Positions 52,610 to 64,000 of a stretch of DNA of 64,000 nucleotides are shown here, one piece after another (positions within the stretch are counted from its first letter, which is position 1; every line of letters starts with the position of its first letter). The translations under genes and the position numbers were made by a program. The DNA comes from Eledone cirrhosa (lineage: Eukaryota). The stretch is taken from assembly GCA_964016885.1 (NCBI GenBank), contig OZ024753.1, positions 35,588,001-35,652,000 of the forward strand. The letters are read 5' to 3'. Under the pieces are notes generated by a model. The model had not been told where the DNA came from, made no database searches, and saw nothing but the letters and a program-made list of their open reading frames with translations.

Positions 52610-54945
52610 ATTTTCGATCTCATCTTGAAAGAAACATTTAAATCCACCGAAAGATTTTCTAAAGACATCAGAACTGTTACAGGGAAAACTAGGAACAGTT
52701 TTAAAACAAAATACACTAAATATATTTTCTGTGAATAAAAAAGAAACATGTTGAATTTTATTATTAAATCTCTACATTTTATTGTTTAGTTTCAATATTA
52801 ATTTTGTGAATAAAAAACAAACACAGAGATTTTTTATTTTTTAATATAACAATAATGCTTAAGTAAATATATTCTACATGCCCCACCATAAATGAAACTT
52901 AAGGGTCAGCCTGTCTTGTAGTTCCGGAGCTAGGGCAACAGGTACTTGCATTCCTCGACCCGAAGTGCAGCAGAACCTGGGTTAGTCGCAGACTGCACCA
53001 GGTTGCGGCTGGAGCAAGTGGCATCCCAGACGAGGGGTTTGCCACCGCCAAACGAGAAGATGGTCATACCGTCTGGCATATTGCCGTACCCTCAGCTCCA
53101 CGGATGAGAGGGGTTATGATCACACTTACCTAACATGTCACCTCATGATTGATAACTCACTTTAATTGATATCGATCTGTTAACACTGATCAATACTTCA
53201 GTAGGCTTCCAGGTCAAAGTTCTCACCCCACGGGCTGGAGTGAGATGGTTGGTAGAAATATCTGCCTACAACAATCTCATGAAATATCTGAGTATCTGGA
53301 TGGAACAGAACCAAAGTACTAAACACAATAGCAGAGGAGGTGGAGAGGAGTTCCAGTTGGATCTGGTAGAGGAAGAACAACAAAGGCGATCTCCATCCAG
53401 ATTAAGTGACCTACACGCAACAAGTTAGACGATAGCTAGGTGGTTTTATTATTAAATTCCATCATGGGTGTGTATTAGCAGTATCGGTAGAGCGTCCTAC
53501 AATATGCTTTACGGCATAGAGTTACGGCCATTTACGTTCTGAGTTCAAATTCTACCGAAGTTAGCTTTGCCGTCCATCCTTGAAACATCTAAGAATACAA
53601 GACTCCCTCCTGGACAGGGCACCAGTCCTTCGCCAAGTTAACCCACCCCTCCCCCAGCTGAGTATACAGGAGCAACGTGAAATACAATGTTTCCTCAAGA
53701 ACACAACACACAACCCAGTTCAGGAATCGAACCCACCTACCTCTAATGATATTATGAAAAGAACTAAAAATAAACTGTTTACCCAGAATACATCAACTTA
53801 AAGTAAGATTCCACATTATAATGGCCTGACCCACCGGGTTATTTAAGACCAGTTTATATATATATAGAGAGAGAGAGATGTTAGTGCATGTGCAATCTAA
53901 TTAAACTGCGGACCCCTTTTGTTAAAACACCTTACAAACCTCATGTAAAGCACCCCCGTAGAACGAACATACTGTGAGTTAAAATGCTTTAAAAACTGAA
54001 ATTAATTTACAACACTTTCAGATAATATTTAGCAATAATTATCTAAGATCAATTTATATATATATATATAGCACACATTTTAACAGGGTGCAAAATAACT
54101 TTGGACGCACCGGAAGAAGTGTTTCAGGAGTCTACTTTCACGACCCTCTCAGGAATATGTGGGCGGGGATCGGTAATTGGGCTGTGGACCTATCGTTAAA
54201 GCACCCGAGAAAACCTCAAAGAAGACACACACCCGTAGAATCTGCTCCAGAATACTAAATTAATTTGCAACAGTTTCAAAAAATACTTAACACTGCTGAA
54301 AAATCGAATGAACAATTTACGGTCTTTGATCTCAATCTTGAAAGAAACATTTCAATACATCGAAAATATTTGCTAAAGACAACTGAGCTGTTACAGGGAA
54401 AACTAGCAAGAGTTTTTAAAAAATACATTAGATACATTTTTTATGAATAAAAAAGAAACATGTTGAATTTTATTATTAAATCCCTACATTTTATTGTTTA
54501 TTTTCAACATGAATTGGAACACGTGGTCTGTGTATTTCATTAGAAATACGGTAAATAGAGAAAGACTGACGTTAAAATGGTTGATTATAAAGGGAACTAA
54601 GGAAGAAATATTTACCAAAACATCTCAGCATAATATAAAAATCTACGTTACCTTTCAGAAAACTGCAACTGTCTCTTTTGAAACTATTTAGCAAGAGTTT
54701 TTGTAGAGCTGGAAAGATTCTACAAACTGACGGCCATTTTTTTTTCTGCTTGCTTTGGATGGAGTTTAATGCGCATGCGCGAAATTTAGACATCAATGTT
54801 CCAAGTATGCTGGCCGTTCCACGGGGCTCCATCTAAACAGCCTGGCCATTCTACAGCACCATCTAAACACCCAGGCCAGGCTACAGCACTATCTAACAAG
54901 CCAGGCCATGCTAGAGCACCACCTTAGAAGCCTGGGTATGTTACG
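52610..54945 (-). repeat. Right arm of ~2-kb inverted duplication
   Basis: Colinear reverse-complement blocks to 41531-43545. Confidence 0.9.
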
Positions 54946-55119
54946 TATTCTAACATACCTGGCCATGCTACAGCACTATAACTGAGTACATTTTTATCAG
55001 GACACCAGCACTAATGAGGTTGTCATGTCTTTGATACAGTAAGAAAGTCCTCCTGATCCTTTATTTGGAGGGATGCCCTTACGAAAATCACTTTACTGAG
55101 TTTACTATATATATATATA

Positions 55120-56605
55120 TAAGGGGATGCTTTGGAGAGGAGCAATTATAGGGGTATAAAACTGATAGATCAGGTTATGAAAGTGGCAGAAAGGATTTTA
55201 GCACAACTAATTAGAGAAAGGGTCAAACTAAATGAGATGCAGTTTGGTTTTGTGCCTGGGAAGAGTACAACAGATGCCCTCTTCTTGGTGAGACAATTGC
55301 AAGAGCGGTTCTTAGAGAAGAATAGGCCACTATACTTAGCCTTTGTTGACCTAGAGAAGGCCTTTGATAGGGTACCCCGATCTGTCATCTGGTGGTCCCT
55401 AAGGAAGCTAGGTGTTGAGGAATGGCTTGTGAGGACAGTGCAAACTTTGTACAGAGGTACTCTCAGTAACGTCAGGGTAAGAATGGAGTTTAGTGAGGAA
55501 TTCCAGATACAAGTAGGAGTACATCAGGGTTCGGTCCTCAGCCCGCTCTTGTTCATTATAGTCCTCCAAGCCATAACAGAGGAGTTTAAGAATGGCTGTC
55601 CATGGGAACTTCTCTATGCTGACGATCTGGTTCTTATAGCAGAATCAGTAGAGAAGCTAGAGAATAAATTCTGGCTATGGAAACAGCAGTTGGAAGCAAG
55701 AGGACTGAGAGTGAATCTAGCTAGGACAAAAGTGTTGATGAGTAGAAAAGAGGACAAAACTCTGATTCCGTCAGGGAAATGATGTTCGATATGCAGAAAA
55801 GGAACTGGCATAAATTCTATAAAATGCACACAATGCAGATCCTGGGTACACAAGAAATGTAGCGGGATAGCAGGCAAACTAACAGGTAGGGAGAAATATG
55901 TATGCAGTAGATGTACAGGGAAATTAGACAGTAGAAGTCGCATTGATAGACACATTTTTCAAATGCAGGCGGGTGCTATAGAAGTGGTGGATAGCTTCCG
56001 GTACCTAGGAGATCAGATTAGCATGGGAGGAGAGTGTTCCGAGGCAATAGTATCTAGAATAAGGACGGGTTGGAAGAAGTTTAGGGAGCTGCTTCCTCTG
56101 TTGACGAAGAAGGGTTTCTCCCTGCGTACGAAAGGCCGGTTGTATGATGCCTGTGTGAGGAGCGCGATGCTGCATGGTAGTGAGACATGGGCAGCAACTG
56201 CAGAGGATATGCGATGGCTGGAGAGAAATGAGGCAAGCATGCTCCATTGGATGTGCAATGTCAATATGCGTGAACGACCCAGCATAATGTGTTGAGAGAG
56301 AAACTGTGTCTGAGAGGGATAGAATGTAGTGTACGGGAGAGGAGACTGAGGTGGTATGGACATGTGATGCGCATGGAGGATGACCGATGGGTGAAGAAGT
56401 GCCAGGAAATGCCAGTTGAAGGAAGACGTGGTAGAGGTAGACCGCGAAAAACATGGGCGGAGGTGGTGAGAACAGACCTCAGATCATTGAAGCTCACGGT
56501 GGAGATGACGAGGGACCGTGACGAGTGGAGAGATGCTGTGCTGAATAAAACCCGTCCCACCCTTGCAAGCAGGGAAAAGCGGACGTAAAATGATGATGAT
56601 GATAT
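55120..56605 (+). mobile_element. 5'-truncated RTE-clade LINE (RT domain to 3' end), with a premature stop and frameshift
   Basis: NYRGIKL, QFGF.PGKSTTDA, FVDLEKAFDRV, GVHQGSVLSP, LLYADDL, FRYLG; (GAT)n tail; flanked by (TA)n. Confidence 0.93.
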
Positions 56606-58138
56606 ATATATAGTGAGAGTGAAGAATAACATGGTCAGCAGGTCAAAAAGGGATTATTTACAGTATTAACAATTGTTTCATTGATCAGGTGAGTCTAAAG
56701 GCCGCTGATCACTCGAAATTGCATCACTCGACCTTAAATACAGTGCGTGTTTCTGATCAAATCATCGGAATGCTGTACAGCCCACCATGTTATTCTTCAC
56801 TATTGTTACTCCAACTTACTTGTCAAGTTAATTTTAAGATCTTTTGATTCCATGTTATGCTTCCAGATCTGGAATTTCTTCTCTAATTCTGCCATAGATT
56901 TGAATATGACGACTAGATCATTGGCTTATAGGAATTCCTATGGGCAGCCAGTTTTAAATTGTTCCATTATTGCCAGGAAAATGATAATTAACAAGAGAGG
57001 GCTAAGAATAGAGTCCTCATGGACTTGCACACTACAATCACTGTTAATTCTAACTTAGCTGAGTACTGCTCTGTACATGGTTTGTACTGTCTTCACAAGC
57101 CACTCTTTTATTTCTACTTTTGTAAGAGCTTATTTTTAGCTAGGAACTAGCATTTGCCTCACAAGGAAAAAGGTATCAGTGGTACTTTTACTCAACACAA
57201 ATCTGAACTGAATCTCATTTAGGTTTAGTCTCCGGGAGTTAAAGACCCCTAGTTCTTGTTAGGACATCATTCTAGACAATGGAAAACTTTCAAGTAAAAC
57301 CTGTGACTCAATGGCAGCCAATAATGTTGACCTGTTCTTTTTGGATACCTGTCACTGTTATTTATAGAGTGAGATTTGTCCACTCCAAAGCCTCTTTTCA
57401 TTTTAAAAAGTTTCAAGCTCGGGCATCACTTGATCTTAACAACTTTCACCTGTGTTGCGTGAGCATGGCCTTTTCTTTTGCTGCAACATATGCAGAAAGG
57501 AATCTAAGTTTGAGGCAATCACAAAACACTCAATGGAGCAAGAAGTTAATACATTATCGTCCAAAGTAAACATAACAGTTAAAATGTGTGACACCAAGAA
57601 AAATGACAAGGTAGTGGCCATATTTACACCACAACAACGATAAATACAGAAAGGTATATATATAGGAAAAGAGTCAGGACCCCGACAGTTGAGCTCTGGC
57701 CATTTCGAAACGGCCAAAGCTCAGTATCTACTACCCTAAGTATCGAGTACTCTGGTTCCTTACCACACTTTCTTTGTTATATATATATATATGTAAATGT
57801 GGTTGGCATTAGGAAGGGCATCCAGCCAGAAACACCCCTATTTGAGTGAGACATGGTCACCCGACACAACTTGCCTCAAAATAGAACCCTTCTAACCCAT
57901 GCTAGTGTGGAAGATGGACGTTAATCGATGATGATGATATATGCATCAGAAAATATATATTTTAATCAATTCTACGGATTTTTTTTTTTTTTTTTTTTTT
58001 TCTAAATTTTTATTTTTATTTTTAATGATTTTTTAATGAAACTGAAAATATTTCCTTGTTTACATAGTTTTCTTTTTTAATGGTGGTAGTGAAGAATCAG
58101 TGGAGCATCAAGTAAAGTGCCATAAGCTTTATTTTGTA

Positions 58139-58440
58139 GTATAAGAGGGATAAGTTGTAGGGTGCGGGAGAGAAGACTGCGATGGTATGGACATGTGATG
58201 TGCATGGAGGATGACCACTGGGTAAAGAAGTACCAAGAAATCCCAGTAGAAGAAAGATGCAGTAGAGGTAGACCACGAAAAACATGGGCGGAGAAACATG
58301 GTGAGAGCAGACCTCAGATCGCTAAAGCTCACAGAGGAGATGGCGAAGGACCGTGACAAGTGGAGAGATGCTGTGCTGAATAGGACCCATCCAACCCTTG
58401 CAAGCAGGGAAAAGCGGATGTAAAATGATGATGATGATGA
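58139..58440 (+). mobile_element. RTE LINE 3' fragment
   Basis: RRLRWYGHV...; same 3' end and (GAT)n tail. Confidence 0.82.
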
Positions 58441-58638
58441 CCTTTATATCATGAGTTTAAGTCATCCTGACATTGAAATTACCAGTTGGGCAGAGGTGGT
58501 GAGAGTTGACCTCAAATTGCTGAAACTCAGAAAGGAGATGAGGAAGAAATGCAGCGAGTGGAGAAATGTTGTGCTAAGAAGGACCCATGCAACTGTGGAA
58601 GAACGGATGTAAAACAATGGAGATGTATTAATGTATGC

Positions 58639-58712
<74 letters not shown>

Positions 58713-58859
58713 GAAAGTCAGATTTGCGGCTTGTTATGAAACTTTATTACATATTACAACTTACAACTGTTTCGATATCAATCAGCCTGGGTTTGATTAG
58801 GCGATCAGATCTCGACACCTTCACAGATATGCAAGTTTACATGAGTGGTCCCATCCAAA

Positions 58860-58896
<37 letters not shown>

Positions 58897-58898
58897 TA

Positions 58899-59250
58899 TA
58901 TAATTGAATAAACAAGAGAGATGAACACTAATATAAACATACATGTGTTCGAATCGTAAGGACTAGTTTTGCTAGGGTGAAAAATTACAATCGACTGGTA
59001 ACCAGGCGATTGCCCAATATAGGTCTGTTATTTTTCTTAATTTACTACTTAAAATTAAGTCTGACAAACCATATTGCTGTAGTTAGTATTTTTTCACCCT
59101 AGCAAAACTAGTCCTTACGATTCGAACACATGTATGTTTATATTAGTGTTCATCTCAATATTTATTCAATTATATTACACGGCTCGGAAAAGCTTTTTTC
59201 TTAGAGCTATTTAATTGTAAGAGACTACTCTGAGTTTCTAACTCACTATA
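58899..59250 (+). mobile_element. Fold-back element in (TA)n; antisense relative at 18230-18430
   Basis: ~85-bp inverted arms, ~100-bp spacer, tail shared with the 18.2-kb copy. Confidence 0.65.
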
Positions 59251-59400
59251 TATATATATATATATTTCATATAGAAATGGCTTCTACAGGACTAGAACCG
59301 TTTCATTCAATATTTATACTCTGCTATGTATTGAGTACTTTACTTACTGTGGTTACTCCCGATTGAACCCGGGATAAACTTATATATATATACGTATATA

Positions 59401-59812
59401 TACGAGGGTTAACTGAAAAGTTTATAGACTGACTATGATATGAAGGAGTGATGCTAGAGCTGTGAAATCTTGCATGCCTTAATTTCAACTCTTATTAATA
59501 ACTGCATTGTTTTTTCCAGTTGAACTAACATTTGTCTGTTCAAAGACTTCAAAACTAACTAGTAGGAACTTCTCTTTAAAATGGACAAAATTTTGCATGG
59601 TGTTATCAGGTACCTGCAGAAAAAAATTTTAGACCCACTAATGACATGGTTGCTACATTTAGCGATGGCACTTCAAATTTTTCAACTGTGCAAAAGTGGG
59701 CAGCTGAATTTAAGAGGGGAAGGGAGAGTTTTGAAGATGACCCAAGGTTTGGGCATCCTGCAACTGCCTTCACCAAGGAAAACATTGATAGTGTTCTCTA
59801 TATGGTGATGGA
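59401..59812 (+). mobile_element. Mariner transposon 5' fragment (TIR + decayed HTH of transposase); related deleted copy at ~25500-25685
   Basis: TA|cgagggt..gaaaagtt terminus; STVQKWAAEFKRGRESFEDDPR.G.P. Confidence 0.85.
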
Positions 59813-62599
59813 CGCCTGTATTTTTTATATATTATATCTCCATAGTTAATTTATCTGGCAATCAATGTTTATCATTGACTGACCAATGGTTAAAAATACA
59901 GATATAAATATATATAGTCTATCAAAGTCCTTTCGTCTCACACCTGTGGCATTGTATATATATACGAGTGGTTTCTTAATTCTACAACAACCGAATGTTA
60001 TTTGATAAAGTACCGTCGCTACCACCACATTAGGGTAGACGGTTGATTTGCTGTGAATCTACAAATATTTTTAGAACTTTAGATATTAATTTACAAAGAT
60101 TCTAAGCCTTCTGAAAATGAAAGTTTTTAAAACATTTGTAAGATTTACATTTGTAACTAATTTTAGTAAATAAAATTTGTTGCATGCCATCTCTCCTTTG
60201 TAAACAATACAGTTCTGCTACCACCCTTGTTATGACAAATTGAAAATATTGAAATATTATAAATAAATCTCATATTGTCCTTACAATTGCTATCATTTTA
60301 TCTCACTTAGGGCGATGGATTGGCAGTATCGGTAGAGAGTCGGACACCATGATAGGGCGATGGATTGGTAGTATCGGTAGAGAGTCGGATGCCATGCTTT
60401 ACAGCATAGAGTTATGTCTTTTTATGATCTGAGTTGAAATCCATCCGAGGTTAACTTTGCCTTCCATCCTTACGGGGTCAATAAAATAAAGTACCAGTCA
60501 CGCACTGGAGTCAATTTAATCGACTTTCCCCCTCCCCCAAAATTGCTGGCCTTGTGCCTATATAAGAAACCATTATTCTATCTCACTTTGTCTTGTCTAT
60601 CATAACACGTTCTTTATAAACCTATGTAAGCTAATAAAGAGGGTTACCACATGTAACATTTTATTAGCTTCTCGCAATCGGTGATTCCTCATTCTCTCTA
60701 TATATATATATGTATAGCGTTTACTATCTCTATCTCTCCCAGTTTCTCACACACATATACAGATAGCAACGTACACAATCACAATCACATATACATAGTA
60801 ACGTATACACACACATAAAATGGTAAAAATACCAGCCAAAACTACGTGTAAACATATACTCCAGTTTTCGAAATTTCCCTTAAATATATATTTCATTTCG
60901 TAATCTACACATTTTAATACGTATCCCTACAAAATTTCATTAAAAATCATGAATTAATAATATTAAAGAAGTTCAATTAAAATTGCCAGTCGGAGGGGCT
61001 AATTTTATAAATGTTTGTGGTCAAAGGGAAAGAACTCCGTAAATATTTGTCTCAACACAGTTACTTCCCTTTATACCAACGTTCAACTACCCAGCCAGTA
61101 CTACCGTTCAACGTGATAGCCAGTACATAAACCGTTCAACCTGACAGCCAGTACCACTACCGTGTTGAACGTCCCACCAGCCGACCAGCCAAAATGGCTA
61201 CCTTGTACGAGAAATGTTTATGAATAGCAACCAAATCACCCTCAGTCTCTTGTTGCAGAAAATGCTAGAAATAGCAGCTATATACGTACACGTATATATA
61301 TATGTGTATACATATATACATACATATGCTTGTGCGTATATATGTAGATGCACAAACACACACTCACATAAACATATATATATATATATATATATAATAT
61401 ATATAATAAACATATACATAGATACGAAGTTGTACGTGTGTTATATACAATGTATTTTAAATAATAATTATTACTACCAGGGTTTAAAAAATGTACCCTG
61501 CATTTGTAATGAAATTTTCACCCTTTAAAACCCACGTGAAATACTTTTAATATTTTTAATCTGTGAGCGAGAAACTTTCGAAATAATTTTTGCACCCATT
61601 TTTGCGATTAAGTAAGGACGGAGTTATCGTTCTTGAGATTTCGGCTTGGAGAAATTTAAGGAACTGATGTCGCTAAACCGTCAAAGAATTTACCTGCACT
61701 GTTGCATCATGGGAGGGGTAATGGCAGAATTTTATGTTTTTAACGACAAGACAGCAAATTTTTTAATTTCTTGCCCTGCATCTTGTTCTTTGTTTCATAT
61801 AAGTAAATAAATAACATAATTAATTTACTCCCCACCTCTCTTTAATCTGAACATCAAATTACCATGGGGCGAGAGGGCAAGGGTAACATGAAACCCTAAA
61901 CCGGTGTCACAATTAATTTTACACTATTATTCTCAAAACAATGAAGGATATGATTATTTCGAAGTTTTATTTATCTTCTATCGCTGCACTTTCCCCAGTT
62001 ATAATTAAATAAATACATTTAGGGTTTTACTACTTTAAATATATAAAACTTTCAGTTAATTCTCTGGTAGCTTCGTTGGAGTAATGCGTAATAAGGTGAG
62101 GTTCAATCTCTAAAAACATTTTTTTCCAATTCCACCTCGCCCGTCCCTTCGATCTATCTAATTTCTCATTCTTTCTTTTGATGAAGGACTAGCATTAACC
62201 TAATATATTCCTTCTGTACCGATTGTGTTGCTATTTCTGTTTACCTTTTATACACATATATATATATATAGAGAGAGAGAGAGGGGGTATGACATTAAAC
62301 TACCTCCAGTGACAAGGCTCCAGTTCAGGATTTCAGGAGCTGTGGGGAATGTGGAGTTACCCCTTAGTTGTTATCACTCCCAGGTCTGCTCTGGCCTGGA
62401 GTAGTAGTAGTATCTGCTAGGGCCCCATTTATTTGTTAAATAATAACCTTATTCTAGTGGCGTCGGTAAGGTATTTTCAGCCACTGAAGAGTCTATTTAA
62501 CAGCACTAGGGTTAAAGCCCCTAACTACTCTGTCAAGGAGCAGTCTGGTCATTATGACTCTGCTGGCTTAGAGCCAGTGGATGATGGATGTTGTCTCTG

Positions 62600-64000
62600 A
62601 GACAAATATAAAGAATGCAGTTTTGTCCTGCAGAAGAGCCATTAAAAGGGGCACTCTGAATGTGAGGACTGTCAGGAGGCTGGAGAAGAGAGAGGAGTTG
62701 GGTCATCTGTTCAAGGAGAGTGGTATGCAGTCTATGGCTGGGGAGCTTTCAAGGAAGATGATAAACTACAGGAGAGGTTCACAGTAGAAGTGAGGAACAG
62801 GTTCAGTGCTCTGGGTGGAGAGGCAGAAGAGAGAGAGATTGGAGGGACTGAGGAGAGTGGAGGGACTGGTGCCGAGGAGAGAGAAGGGGAAACACGTCAA
62901 CTCTGCAGACCCAAAAGTGTGTGCAGCCAGAGAACACCTGAAAGCTGCCAAGGACCAATTCTATGCTGATCCTACGGAGGAGAGGAAGGAGAATATGGAG
63001 ATGATAAGGGAAGAGCTCTGTACCGCTAACATTGAGGCCAGAGAGGAGGCACTGATAGAGAAGATCAGAAGTGTGGAGAGAGCAGTTGACAGGTCCGGTT
63101 GTAAGGAGAGCTGGATGATCATCAACGAGATCACAGGGAGAAAGAGAAGGGGTTTGAGTCAGATCCAGGAAACAGGGCCCAAGGATAGGAAGAGGAAATG
63201 GCCGGACCATTTCAGGACTCTACTAGGAGTGCCCTCCACAGCCCAGATCACTGGGGAGATCAGGTGGCTGTTTGAGGAACTGGATATTGAGACAGGACAC
63301 TTCACCAGAGAGCCAAGAAGATCAAGGAGGGCAAGGCTCATGGAGAAGATGGAGTGGCATCAGAGGTGATGAAGAGGTGTGATTTTGATATCATCCTGTG
63401 GTTCTGCAACCAGGCACTGGAGAAAGGAGTTGCCCCGAATCAGTGGTGGATCAGTAACATCGTCCCAGTGCCAAAGAAGAGAGATCTCTCTAACACCAAC
63501 AGCTACAGGGGGATCTCACTGACATCACTTGTGGCAAAGACCCTCAACAGGATGATTCTTAACAGGATCCAGCCCGAGATAGAGAAGCTCAGAGAAAACC
63601 AGAACAGCTTCAGAGGGGGAAGATCAACCACCAGTCACATCCTGATTCTAAGGAGGATATTAGAGGGAACTAGAGCAAAGAGCCTTCCTGCTGTCATGGT
63701 TTTCATTGACTTTAGGAAGGCCTTTGATTCTGTGGACCGTCACAGCCTGATGAAGATTTTACAGGCTTATGGAGTCCCCAAGAGGATAGTGGACCTGATA
63801 TCACTGCTCTACACCAATACCAAAGCCAAGGACATTACACCTGATGGGATGACGGAGTTCTTTGAGACACTGGTTGGAGTGCTCCAGGGAGAAACCTTGG
63901 CTCCCTACCTTTTTATCATTGCAGTGGACTATTGTATGCACCTTGCGCTGGAGAAACACCAGGACTCTGGCTTTATTGTAACACTGGCTCAGAGCAGGAG
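62600..64000 (+). mobile_element. Decayed RTE/RTE-X-like LINE (endonuclease remnant + RT), running off the window
   Basis: GTLNVRT; YRGISLTS; FIDFRKAFDSV; GVLQGETLAPYLF. Confidence 0.85.

Noticed and set aside
56747-57717. Short ORFs as a second host gene
   Set aside because: No recognisable domain or consistent exon chain; part looks like decayed antisense LINE
60820-61260. Possible promoter or element end with short ccgttcaac repeats
   Set aside because: No downstream exon, termini or second copy to support a call

Overview
AT-rich eukaryotic (animal) genomic DNA, full of (TA)n microsatellites, SINEs and LINE fragments. The repeat landscape suggests a coleoid cephalopod such as an octopus (inference). 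The main feature is the 3' part of one spliced + strand gene with 18 GT-AG coding exons from 1846 to 32129. All splice phases are compatible, giving about 2020 codons; the 5' end lies upstream of the window. The product has an alpha-neurexin-like ectodomain (extra LamG/ConA-like domain, then LNS2-LNS3-EGF-LNS4-LNS5-EGF-LNS6), a poly-Gly stalk and one TM helix. Instead of the short PDZ-binding neurexin tail it has a ~300-aa Gly/Ser/Tyr/Asn/Gln low-complexity segment and a C-terminal WD40 propeller. About 0.9 kb past the stop codon is an apparently intact sense-strand type I hammerhead ribozyme. Several fold-back mini-elements in (TA)n tracts carry hammerhead remnants and share a tail motif (Penelope-like). 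The 41.5-55 kb region is a ~2-kb-arm inverted duplication enclosing a decayed CRE-clade retrotransposon, tandem repeats and an unexplained GC-rich structured segment followed by octamer and B-box arrays. Decayed RTE, R4/Dong, mariner, hAT, Tigger and piggyBac-type elements are also present. Coordinates were read by eye, and family names come from recalled motifs, not database searches.
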